Below are positions 26,675 through 39,300 of a DNA stretch of 64,000 bases, one piece after another; positions within the stretch are counted from its first letter, which is position 1, and every line of letters starts with the position of its first letter. The stretch lies in contig MU063893.1 of the NCBI GenBank assembly GCA_013265495.1, positions 2,406,476-2,470,475 on the forward strand. The letters are read 5' to 3'. This DNA is from Vicugna vicugna. Its lineage: Eukaryota. The translations under genes were made by a program, and so were the position numbers. The notes under the pieces were generated by a model. It was not told the origin of the DNA and searched no databases. It saw only the letters and a program-made list of their open reading frames with translations.

Positions 26675-27129
26675 CCCAGGTCATTCAGATGCTTCACTGA
26701 CTGACTGCACTGATACAAGATGTTCTTTCATGCCCTGTAGAGAAAGGAGACTGAAAATTCAAAGACCATAATTCAGTTTCCTTTTTAACTCGTGAGAATG
26801 GTAGGATTTAAAGCTAGAGCAAACTGCAGAGATTGCCTAGTTTTATTCCCACCTTTCAGAGGCGAGGAAGCAGAAATGCAGGGCATCTAGGGAGCTCGCC
26901 TGTGATGGTTGTCAGGGTGAGTAGCTGAGCTGGCTGACCCTGGACCCTGACTCCTGGGCCCTAGTGCACGCTGCTTTGCAGTGCACCACCCACCCCAAGT
27001 CAGGAGGCAGTAAGACATCACCACACACTGACACCAACGTGCAAAACTGAGATCAGACCCTTTTGGAGAAGTACATTTTGAGAGGTAGAATGGCATGAGA
27101 TATTCACAGGGTTGAGAAGGAAAAGGGGT

Positions 27130-27530
27130 ACCCTATTAATTAAGACTTTGGAATTACAAATGATAGAAACCCAACTCAAATGAACTTGAAAGCAAAACTA
27201 ACTGAAGCTTAGAGGATGCAAGGAATGTGTACGTCCTCGACATTCTCCTTGCTTGTCTTAAATCTCTGCTAGATCCCTCTGCAGACAGTTCTCACCATGT
27301 GGTAGAAAGATGGCTACCAAAAGCTCTGGTTTCACATATTTCCAGTTTAACATCTCCAGAAGAAAAACAGAGCTTTCCCCACGCAGCTTCGATGTTTATG
27401 CCTGTATACATGTCCAATGAAGAATTCTGACTGGCCCTGACTCAGTCATGTGTCCATCCTGTGGACCAGTCACTGTTGCCCAGGAGATGAGATACTATGA
27501 TCAGCCATGCCTGGATGGTGAGTCCATCCC
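27130..27530 (-). mobile_element. MLT1 (J/K/L-like) MaLR LTR fragment
   Basis: attaattaagactttgg...tgatagaaacccaactcaaa...ctgactggccc...gtcatgtgtccatcc...accagtcactgt. Confidence 0.65.
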
Positions 27531-28119
27531 CATGACCAGAGGGGCAGGGTGCTATCATCGACAGCTCATCCAGAACTGCATGGAAGGGGGAAAATGCTTC
27601 CTCAAGAAGGGCTGGGCAGACAAAGACTGGAGCCATCCCAGGCGCCCAAAAGGAAAAACAAGCTTCATTTACACGTTTCTCTGTTCAAAATCTTTCCAGG
27701 AGCTTCTCAAACTACAGATGAGTGTCTGTGTAAATATAAATTCACAAGATTATACAATTTACATGTAAAATGGGGCCAGTTTTCTCGTGAGGTTCATAAA
27801 CCAGCTCTGAAGCAATTCTAAAGGAATTGTGACAAAATTGCTTTTAGCATTAGCAATATTACTAGAAAAAAGCACAAAGACTCCCAAGGTGCCCACTTGG
27901 AAGGACAACTTTGATTTGAGTGTAGAAGTATTATTTTGGTTTTTTTTTTTAAATCCAGATTATGTGTAATTTTGGTAACAACTAAATCAATACAAATATA
28001 TTACCAAAATATGTCTGCACCCCAGTGTAAATGCTTTCCTTTTAGATCTAAGAATTTAGAGAAGTGAGAATGGGCGTGAACTTTAGTTAGATATAGAGCA
28101 GGGTTTTTAATTTGGGGTC

Positions 28120-28460
28120 TGTGGGTCACCAACCTGGTTATTGTCAATCAGTCAGGATCCTCTGGAGAGCTTATTAAAATTAGAGGAGACTGGGTCCCCC
28201 TCAAGAGACCCTGGTCAGGTAGGTTTGGGCCAGGTATCATTGTTTTCTGAATACTTGGCAGGTGTTTTAGACCAGCCGTTGAGGGTGAAAGCCACTGCCC
28301 AACGATAGCATTTCTTGAAGTGTAGGAGTAGCATCTGGCATCAGAATCAGGAGGGTCTGTTAAAATGCAGGTTCCTGGGCCCCACCCAGGCCTACTAGAT
28401 CTGCTCCAGTGAGGAGCAGAGCTAGGACTCTAGTTTACTAAGACCCCAGGTGAGTTTTCT
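28120..28460. mobile_element. MER5-type hAT MITE fragments (two adjacent)
   Basis: ggagagcttattaaaa...; ctgttaaaatgcaggttcctgggccccacccaggcctact. Confidence 0.6.
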
Positions 28461-28469
28461 TTTTAGGAT

Positions 28470-29054
28470 TTTCTTTTATTTTTAATTTTTTATTGAAGTA
28501 TAGTCGGTTTATAATGTTAATTTCTGGTGTACAGCATATTGTTTCAGTTACACACACACACACACATATATATATATTCCTTTTCGTATTCTTTTTCATT
28601 ATAGGCTATTATAAGATACTAAATATAGTTTCCTGTGCTATACAGTAGAACCTTGTTGTTTATCTATTTTATAAATGTAGTAGCTAGTATCCGCAAATCC
28701 TGAACTGTCAATTTATCCCTCTACCCTTTCTTTCCCCCCCGGTAACTGTAAGTTTATTTTCTATGTCTGTGAGTCTGTTTCTTTTCTGTAAGTAAGTNNN
28801 NNNNNNNNNNNNNNNNNNNNNNNNNNNNNNNNNNNNNNNNNNNNNNNNNNNNNNNNNNNNNNNNNNNNNNNNNNNNNNNNNNNNNNNNNNNNNNNNNNNN
28901 NNNNNNNNNNNNNNNNNNNNNNNNNNNNNNNNNNNNNNNNNNNNNNNNNNNNNNNNNNNNNNNNNNNNNNNNNNNNNNNNNNNNNNNNNNNNNNNNNNNN
29001 NNNNNNNNNNNNNNNNNNNNNNNNNNNNNNNNNNNNNNNNNNNNNNNNNNNNNN
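28470..29054 (-). mobile_element. Younger L1 3' end (same family as 1752-1907), running into N gap
   Basis: ttattgaagtatagtcggtttataatg...cattataggctattataagatac...tgtgctatacagtag...ggtaactgtaagtttattttctatgtctgtgagtctg. Confidence 0.8.
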
Positions 29055-29084
29055 CATGTATATTTTTGAATTAGAGTTAAACAT

Positions 29085-31460
29085 TTAAAATTTTTGAGAT
29101 AATTATGGATTTAAGGAAGTTGCAAAAAATGTACAAAGGGATCTTGTGTACCCTTTACTCAGTTTCCCCCAATAGTAACCCTTTGCATAACTATATTACA
29201 TTACAAAACAGAGAAATTGACACTAATACAATCTGTAGTACTTATTCAGATTTTATCAGGTTTACACACACTTGTGTGTGTGTGTGTGTGTGTGTAGAAT
29301 TCTTTGCAGTTTTATCACATGTATAGGATTGTGTTACCACTACCACACAGCCAAGATACAAAACTGTACCATCACTTCAAAGCTCTTTAGTGCTACCCTG
29401 TATAGTCAACACCACTCCATCACCACTCCCATCCCTAACCTCTGGCAACCACTTCTTCTGCATCTCTATAATTTTGTTGCAAAAATGTTATCTAAGTGGA
29501 ATCATATAATATGTGACTTTTCTAGGATGGTTTTGAGAGAACTGACACTTTATACTGTGGAGTATTCTAATCCATGGATGTGGTCTCTCTCTCCATTTAT
29601 TTAGGTCTTCTTTATTTCATCAGCATTATAAATGGCACTGTGCTTTAATTTTGGTTTCCACATGTTCATTGTTGGTATATATTATGCTACTGATTTGTGT
29701 GTGTGTGTGTATTGATTTTGAATTGTACAGCCTTGCTGAACTGACTTATTAGTTCAGGAATAGTCCTTAGGATTTCATATGTGGACAATCAGGTCATCTG
29801 AAAGTCAAGACAATTGTTTTTATTCCTTTCCAATCTATATGGTTTTTATTTATTTTTCTTGCCTTATGACACTGGCTAGAACTTCCAATAGTATGTTGAA
29901 TAAAAGTAGTGAGACTGGATAACCTTGCCTTGTTCCAAATCTTAGGAGAAAGCACTCAATCTTTCACCACTGAGTGTGATGTTTGCTGTTTTTTGTAGGT
30001 TTCTTCTAGATACTCTTTATAAAGTTGAGGAAGTTCCTCTATTCCTGAGAAGCTGTATCATAAATGAGTGCTAGATTTTGTCAAATGCTTTTTCTATATC
30101 ACTTGATATAATCACATATTTTTTCTTTTTTACAGAGTTTATATGATGGCTTAAAAATATTGAGCCAGCCATGTATACTTAGAATAAACACCACTTGGCT
30201 GTGGTCTGTAATTCTTTTTATACATTGCAGGATTTGATTTGATATTTTGTTGAAGATTTTTGTGTCTAAGTTCGTGAAGAAAATTGGTTTATAGTTCTTT
30301 TTGTACTATCTTTTTCTGGTTTTGGTATTAGGGTAATACTGGCTACATAAATTGAATTGGGAAGTTCAGTTATTCCTTTCTTTTTTATTCTCTGTGTAAA
30401 ATTATTGTAAATTCTTCAAATGTTTGTTAGAATTCTCCACTGAAACCATCTGAGCTGGGAGATGTCTTTTCCAGGAAATTTTGAAGTATAGATTCAATAC
30501 CTTTGATGGCTATAGGATTATTCAAATTGTTTATTTTCTCTTAACCGAATTTTAGTAGGTTGTGGTTCTAGGAAGGAATTGGTCCGTTTCTTCCAAGTTG
30601 CCAAATTTCTTAGTGTACTGTTATTTGTCTTAGTCCCTTATCCTTTTAACAGCTGCAGGACCTGTGCCGATAGATGGTTTCACTCCTGATGTTGGTGATT
30701 TGTGTAGTCTCTCTTTTATCTTTATCAGTCCTACTAGATGTGTATTCATTTTATTGATTTTCCCAAAGAACCAGGTTTTTGTTTTACTAATTTTTCTACT
30801 GTTTTTCTGTTTTCAGTTTCATTTATTTCTGCTCTTTTGTTATTTCCTTCCTTCTGTTTAAGTTTTTTGTTCATTTTCTAGTTTCTTGAAGTAGGAACTT
30901 GGGTTTTCTATTTAAGATCTTTTCTCTTTTTTAAGGTAGCAGTTTAAATTTCTCTCTCAGCACTGCTTTAGCGGCAACCACAAATTTTGATGTGTTGTTA
31001 TCTAATTATTAAATTATATATAATTATAATATAGCAATGTGTCTGTTTTCTTTATAGCTCTTTTATTTCATTTTTCTTGCCTTCTTGTGGATTACTTGAA
31101 TGTTTTTTAAATTCTATTGTGAGGTTTTCCAAAAAATGTTTTTATATTACCTTTTATAGTATAATTTTCTGAGCAGTTGCATAAATATACATACTTAATT
31201 TATCACCATCTACTGGTATCAATGCTTCACTATTCTGAGTAAAGCGAGGAAAACTTACTTCAATTTTGATCCCTTTATCCTCCTTACTTTTAAAATATAA
31301 TTATCTTAAGTATTTTCTCCAAATATATTGAACACCATGTCAGATGGTGTTAGAATTTTGCTTCAATCATCAAATATGACTAAAGAAATTCATAATTGTT
31401 CACCTGCTCCATTGCTCTTCTTTCCTTTCTGAAGTTCCAAAATTCCTTCTGTTATCATTT
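29085..31460 (-). mobile_element. Old L1 (L1MB/MC-like) 3'UTR plus degenerate ORF2 segments
   Basis: tttgagataattatggatt...gtaccctttactcagtttcccc; ORF2-derived gaaagcactcaatctttcaccactgagtgtgatg...agttgaggaagttcc. No intact ORF. Confidence 0.8.
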
Positions 31461-32029
31461 TCCTTGGGCTCCAGAGGTCCAAGAACCCCTCAAATTTTAC
31501 TTTTAAGTGCTGTGACTGTCCATTTTTCTTAGGAGAATGTTCACAGCTTTCACTAGATTCTCAAAAAATTCCATGACATGCCCCATAAAGTTTATAAAAG
31601 CCTTGGTTTATGGTCTTACTGTGTTATTTTTCATCTTCCCAGCTAAAACCAATTAAAAACTAGTTAGGATTCTTTCCTCTACCACATCTGTTGAAGCCCT
31701 GTGTCTCAAAGATTTCCCCAACAGTTTGGGGAAATGTGATCACTCAGATGAATATTTCTGAGTGCCTAACAAGTGCCAGACAATCTTTTTCCCCTCATTA
31801 GTAAGAAGGGGAAGCATTAAAACATTAAAGACGATTTTAGCTTATAAAAAGTTCTTAGTAACTCAGAAATCAGAGTAAACTTTGCTGCTTTCATGTCTTG
31901 TGACTTTGTCTCTTACTGCTCTGAGCTGGATATACCAGCAGTCAAATGGTATCCTGAAAATATAATTCCGTATACTAAACACATGGCATCTGCAGTGGGC
32001 CCACTTGTCATCACTCTGATTTGCTTGAC

Positions 32030-32370
32030 ACAGTTGGTGCCCAAGCACTTACAGTTCCTCCAGGCAGGCTTGTCCCCGGACAGTTGCACAACTGATTCCT
32101 CTCGCTGGTACCTCCTCATCCCCCTATGCCACCCACCTCCCTGGAGTAACTCCTGCTCATCTTTTAGAACTCACTTTGGGAAGCACCACCTCAGGAAGAC
32201 TTTGTTCTCTTCTCCAAGTGTTGAGTTGGGTGTGCCTCCAGTGACACCCCTGCCAGATGTCACAGTGCATGCTCATTACCTGCTTGTCAATTCCACCAGA
32301 CTGTGAGGCCCTTAAAGGCTGTGACTGGGTTTTGGTTGCTTTTGTGCCTCCAGCACTTTAATAAATATAA
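32030..32370 (+). mobile_element. L2 fragment
   Basis: cacctcctcaggaag...cagactgtgaggcccttaaagg...cctccagcact...taataaata. Confidence 0.55.
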
Positions 32371-32994
32371 CAAGACATGTCCTTGGGCACCACCTCCTGT
32401 TAGAGCTCACCACCATCGCCGACTGGCTGAGCTTTTCTTCCATTCCTTTGTTAGTGTCCTAAGTATCTGCTGAGCTCCTTTAGATGTAGGTATGGCAACC
32501 AGATGTTCAGCCCTTCCCCAGTAGGTTTAATCTCTCCTGAATTCTCACAAGCATTTATTAATTCATTTTAGACTTTTTCCAAGAATCAACAGAAAAATTA
32601 TTGGTCTTTTCTTGCTAGAATGCCTATCTCCCCAGTTTTGGAAAATATGGAGAACACTGATCTCTGCCATTTTCCTTCTTGGTGTTACTACTGGATCTTA
32701 TAAATTCCTTATTATCATGTTTAAATTTGCAGATCTGTCTTTCCTATCAAAGTATGAGCTCCTTAGGGGTTAAGGTTGTATCTCATTCATCCCAGAGTCT
32801 CCAGGGACTAGTACAAGGTGGAATGAAGCTCTACTGTTCCTCATGATTAGCACATGCATTTCCTTTCCTTCTCCGCACCTTTATCTTTTAATCTTCATTC
32901 TAAGCCACTCTGTATTCTTTTTAGAAAGGAGAAGTGGGCAGATAAATACAACACATTTTTTTTTCTTCATCACCAGAAATACAACACATTTTAA

Positions 32995-33297
<303 letters not shown>

Positions 33298-33929
33298 TGA
33301 CATTTACACTTAAGAAATGCCTCAAGAAAGCTAAAGCTCAGGAGAAGTTGTGGCTGATAAAAACGCTAAAACCAGGAGAGTTTTTAAAGCTGTGTTCAAA
33401 GGTAGAGGAATCCAGGGGGCACAGCTCAAATGACTGAGGAAGACCACCAAGGTTAATAAATATCAGAGGGAAAGCAAAATTTCAAGCCTCTTATGCTCAC
33501 ATCTTTCCCAGAGAGAATAAACGTCTTAAGGCTGGAAAAGGAAGACAAGCAATGTTTCAAGGGGAATTTGTCTCCAAGTAGCAAGTCTCCAACCCACGAA
33601 AGGATGTACATACTCCATCTTTTCTGGAAAGTACATACCCTACTTTTTAATTTTTGATGAGAAATTCCAAAGGATGGAAGAGGGGACAGAAAATAGCAAA
33701 GGTCAGTGTTGTCCACATTTTCCAAAAATGAGGAGATAAGAATTCTAGCAGAGATGACCAATAACCATGTTGATTCTTGGAAAAAGTCTAAAGTGAATTA
33801 ACAAATAGTTGTTTGTGAGAATTCAGAGAATCACTCTGTGTGCCTACCTTTTTTTTTCTTTTTTCTTTTGTTAAACTCATCTTCCATTCTTATAGGAATA
33901 GTAAGCAATGTATTCACTCTTGTTGGATA

Positions 33930-34150
33930 TTTGACAAACTTTTACAAACCTGCCATACATGCCAGGCACTGTCTAGATACTGGTTAGAAAGGGACAGAAA
34001 ACAGTCTTGTCCTCAAGGAGCTCATAGTCTAGTGACAGAGGCAGAGAGGTTAAGAGACCAGTTCACTACAGTGTGGTGAGCACCGCTGCCCTCCCCCAGG
34101 ATGGGGACAGGAAAAGGCTTATTAGATGTGAGGTGCCTGGGACTGAGTCT
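33930..34150 (-). mobile_element. L2 fragment
   Basis: catgccaggcactgtctagatactgg...gtcttgtcctcaaggagctcatagtctagtg. Confidence 0.65.
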
Positions 34151-35959
34151 TGAAGAAATTAGCAGTACCCCACCCCTCCTGTGTTCTGTCCTAGTTGAAC
34201 AGCTCGAGTGTTTTTTTCTCATCAAATTTCACAGGAACATATGAAACTGGTACAATTATCATCTGTATTTTATGGACAAAGAAACTAAGGCTCAGAGAGG
34301 TTAAGTGACACCCCTGACCATATGACTCACATGAGGAACAGCAGGGATTCACGTGCATCTCCCAACTCAAGCCCGGGGCTCTTTTTACTGCCACTACAGT
34401 AACAGCTGCCTCGGAGGACATTTCTGCATTGTCCAGTTTTCACCGAGTAATTGGTTATTCACCAAAACATACACATCTTCCAGCCCCAGAGCATCGTGCC
34501 CAATTCCAGACACCTCATGGCCACTGGAGGTTAGGAGGTGACTGCCTGGCCTGCTAACTCCATCACCTCGGAATGAGAGGAGGAATTGCAGAAGCTTAAC
34601 TACTTCTCTGCCTCCACTTGATTCTCTCCCCAAACACTGTGTTGTTATTTCCCTGTCCAAAGTCCCCTGAAGAGTTTTTGTGGCCTTGGCATCTTAGAGA
34701 CTGATCGGATGGTCAAGTGCACTCAGGGATTGTTGTGCCTCCGGACTCAGTAAGGAACGTTGATGAAAGAAACAGGGGAAGCCAGTGAGTGCAGCAAAGG
34801 CACTCCAAGAGCCTGCCACTGTCTTGAGCAAGGGTGAGCCCCTGAGCAGTGAGATGGGACGTGTCAGCCATGTGTCTGCACGTTGCTTCATGTGACATCC
34901 AAGAGGTGACCAAGGCACAGAACACCGCAAGCTGACCTGGAAGAGGCTGCTCTCCGATCAAGGCATTCGGGGCAGACGTACAGTCAAAATACACGTTCAG
35001 GCAGAGGGGACAACATCAAGTTACCTAACTTCAGTCCATTTCTCTTCCAAACTATTTGTCTTTCCTTCCTATTTTTTTCCCACCCCCTGATTCAGATCTC
35101 CAGGCTTCAACCTCCAGAATATAGTGCCAGTTTCCTTCTTTCACTCAACACAGTGCCCTCAAGACAAAGTCAAGTTCTCCAGATGAGATTTAAGGGCACC
35201 CATAATATAGAGCCATTGCATATGCTCCAACCTCCCCTCTCACTGCTCCCCAGTGTAAGCTGTCACTCCTGCTGGACTGGTCTCTCCATTCTGTCTATAA
35301 CCTGCTCTGGAAATCCCTGCCTCAGTGCCTTTGCTCATGTTGACACTCCCTCTAGAACTGGAGGCGGCACAACAGTGGGTCATGCATTTACTAGCAACGT
35401 AAGCCTGAGCAAATTACTTAACTTCTTTAAGGCTCTCACTCCTCCTTTGGAAAATGGGGATGTGCTCTATCCTACTGAGCTGTTAGAAGGCTAAATGAAG
35501 TCATGCATATAAGTCCTCTTTTACATGCATGCAAGACAATTTCTCACTGTGCATCAGCTGCTATTAACATGAAGATCCTCCAACTCTTCCACACCCATCA
35601 AACCCTAAGTGTTGTTTCAGGCTGTCCTCAAATCCTGCCTCTCCCACGAAGCTGTCCCTTTCTCAATCCACATTCACTTTTTTCTTTCTCTGAACTTGGA
35701 CAGTATTTATATCTGCGTCACTCATTTTCACAACTGCTCCCACTGTGCCTTCGACTATTTACAGTAAATGAAGGTATGGCTTTCACCCTAACTTGATTAA
35801 CTTTAAGGCTTGTCCCTCATTTTTACACCCCAGGGCCCAAACACATAACGACTACTCAGTATCCAATATATTCTTGTTCCAACTGAATCAAATCTCCGTC
35901 AACTTGACATTCTCCCCAGATTAACTAGGTGTTACCTGGAGATTCAATATACACTTCCT

Positions 35960-36370
35960 TTTGTGGGCCATTCACAAACATGTAAAAAGATCCATCAAAG
36001 ATGAGATCTCTAGGAAACCCCAATGTTTATAATTTTCCATCTGGGAACGTAGCCACTTATCTTCCGCGTTGTTTATGGCCTTTAAGCCAATTCCACATTC
36101 ATGATAAAACAACCCTTAGTGACTCAATTTTTTTAAAAACTGTCTTTAGAGTGGGATTTTCTCACAGGTTTTGAAAGTCAAATTAAATTGGGCACTGTGG
36201 TTCCCTCTTATCCATATGCTTATTTATCTGCTCAAAGAACTCAAGGAGATTAGTGAGGCGTGATTTCCTCTTACTGACACCATGCTGCCTTCCCTCTAAT
36301 AAGCCATGTTTACTTAAGTATTCAGCCACTCAGCTTTATTATACGTTCATTCAGTAAACATTAAATGCTT
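35960..36370 (-). mobile_element. L3/CR1 LINE reverse-transcriptase remnant
   Basis: Minus strand ggcagcatgg...aggaaatcacgcctcactaatctccttgagttctttgag...tttgactttcaaaa...aattggcttaaagg...aaacaacg corresponds to the CR1 RT motifs QHGF..KSCLTNLLEFFE..LDFQK..NWL..RKQR. Confidence 0.75.
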
Positions 36371-39300
36371 ACTTCATGCAAGCTTCTACCAAATGGTCTC
36401 TTGTGATACAGAAAATATCTTAGCGTATTAGTTTGATACATTAAGTGAAAAGGAACTTAAATAACGCATGGCTTCATTCTCCAACTGTGAGAACCCACCC
36501 CTGCTCATAAATCCAGGTGTGACTTCCATGTGCCCCTGGTGGAGAGTGACTGTGATGTGAGAGGCTGGTTTAGCTCCGAAATTGATGTGAGTTGCAGGCA
36601 TCCCATGAGGGACTGAGAGAGCACCTTGGCAGACGGTGGGGTGACACCACGGGGAACTCCCCGACGTGAGTCAGTACTGAGCAAATATTTGAATTCAAAA
36701 ACTGTTGAATGATGTATTTTTTTCCAACTCAAGAACACTGGGCTGACCAGTCTATGGGTCAGACCAGGGTGGCAGTTCCTCTATCTCACTTTCCCATTTA
36801 CATTTTTGAGGCCACTCCGTTCTGTGGAACGTCTTGCTCTGTCCTGCCCATTTTCCAAATGGACTCCTGGGGGCCTTACCACTTCCCCCAGCACTTCCAG
36901 AATTTGCTTCCGGTGCTGCAACCACAGTTTATCGTTAAACCTCAATCAATCTTCTTAGCATTTATAGAACCTCAGTTGTCCCAGCACCTCTGGACTTGGT
37001 TATTTTTGTTTAGATACCTTTAATTAGCTCCTCTTTGCTATCAGGTACTCAAGGAAGCTCTTTTAATATCTGTGGAAACTGGAGCTGGGCCACAGGACTC
37101 AGCAGAAATGGTCATCACTAGCGGTAGAAGGTTTTATTCCTGGCCTGTTATCAAGACTGTGAGCTGGGGAAGCTGTGGGGAGGGTGGGAAGAGATAGGGG
37201 TCTTTGGCCCATGTTAGGTTGGCCGAGTGGAGTGAGGGCACGGAGAGGATGTATTTCATCACTAAACCTGCTGCCAGGAGCTCCGAGTTCTGGTCCAAAA
37301 TGATAGCAGAGAGAGCAGATCAGGCTGCAGGCATGCTTGTTCCCAGATTCCATGATTGTTTATGGAGCAGAGGTGGAAGGTGGTGTGGCCATAAGACGGT
37401 AGGGGTGCCAGCCCTCAGGTCCTCACTGGCAACACAGGGGTCACCTCTCCAGGCACATGTCCAGCCACACCATCCACTCGCAAGAGTCACATCTAAAGCC
37501 AAGTGATGGATTTGGTGAGTGGTTTATTAAGAGACATTAAAAACCTGGGGCCTGGCTGCCCCAGGTGCAGCCTCTCCAGGACTGCTTTCCCCTTCTCACC
37601 ACAGCAATGTGGGGATCATGGGACGAGTTCCTGTGAAACCACAGAGCCCTTGGCACTGATAAAGATTACTCAAGTTCTGAGGCAAATAAGTCACTGGTAA
37701 CCTCGTTGCCCTCTGCATCTGCAGCAGGACCCCATCATGGGGGACAGGAGCATGCTGACCCGTCACACAGCTCACCAACAAGGCCAACTCCATTCAGTGC
37801 TCCAGGGGATCAGGCCACCTGTGCTGGGGCCACAGGGGCCTGCCTGCCAGCACCCACTGAGGAGAGAGGGGTCCTTGGCCAGTTAGCCGTAAACTTGCCC
37901 CCCTCCACCTGCAACTAGTACCTCTCCACTGACAGCTTTGGAAAACTTACTTATTGAGAGTTTCTGATCCCTTTTCTCTTAAATAAAACATTGAATAAAT
38001 TAAAACATTCTAGTTTTCCAATGGGAGTAGCAAGGTTTGAACTGTGAAAATGGTTTTGGTCCATGACTTAGGGAAGCACTCATCATTCCGGTCAAATCTT
38101 GATTACTTTTTTCAGCTTTGCATTTCTTGAGAAGGGTCTGCTCACATGACAGGTTCACAGCTCCGAGAGAGGCAGTAGTTCTTACCTAGAGCTCAGACAG
38201 ACCCAGGGAACCGGAAAACACAGGTGTGCAACCTCATTTGCCTGAACCCCTGTCTATTTTGAGGCAGGTCTCTTGGTTTACATGCAACATTGTGCTGTGC
38301 ACGGGAAGCCCTGCAGGCTGTTTCTGATCCCGGGATGAGACAAGGGAAGTCCCGGGTGACAGCCACATGGGATGCCTGCCCGCTGCAGTCCTCTCCTTTC
38401 ACCACGTCTGGACATGGCTGGTCCTGAAAAAAACCAGGTCCAGGAAACTGCATTCGTATGAACTCTGACATCTTGGAAGGCACGGAGGGTTTCGTGGGTC
38501 CCCAGCAGTGTAGTAACAGTACTGAGAGGTACTGATTTGAATGCCCAAATGTTCCATCAGTGCCTGGCAGAACTTCAAAATTTTGTTGAAAATGGTTTCA
38601 TATTTTTTGTGTGTCTTACCAGACCCTTGTTGCAGCAGAAGGCCTTCTTTATATTTTTCAGAGAGAAATAAGTTAAAAATCTCATTCTTATATTTCTACC
38701 TTCTTTCTTGACTTTTGTGGGGGCAGAAGTGAAAATAAATGTGTAAACCAGGAGAGTAACATCTAGAATTCTGGGGAGAGGACAATAAATAAGCATAGGA
38801 GCAGTTCTGGTCTCTCGATGGCTGTGTTTCTGAACTGTCTCAGGCAGGGCTGCCATAGCCCGTTTCTTGTTTTTGAACAAACATGAAGAGGCCCCCTTTT
38901 TCCACCTGCTGATGCTAAGTTGGCAGACAGACCCCAAGTTTGGTCCAGCCCCACATGCCCCCAGGGCCTTAAATAAAATTTACTGTGTCCCCTTGAGCCC
39001 TGGACACGCCGCATAGTGTAACTGGAGGCCGCGCTCTCAGTCTAGTCACCGTCTAAAGCAGAGACAGGGAAGATGGTGTGATATTTATGACCATCTTCTA
39101 CCAGCAAAGACTGAATGGACAAAAATTGTCCAGTGAAGATGGACACTTTAAATATTTCAAACCACCAAAATATAAGCCCTGCTTGGCTGAAATCTTTGTA
39201 CAGCCAGAGAGCAGTAGTCATAGGTTGAAAATAGCACATGGTCTCAGGTATAGAATTTGAGGTTATCCAAGTGGCAAGTGATAGAAGCCTAGAGTTCTCA

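Noticed and set aside
36530-36545. CTCF-like ccaccaggggcac on the minus strand
   Set aside because: One G short of the core consensus; too weak to call without data.
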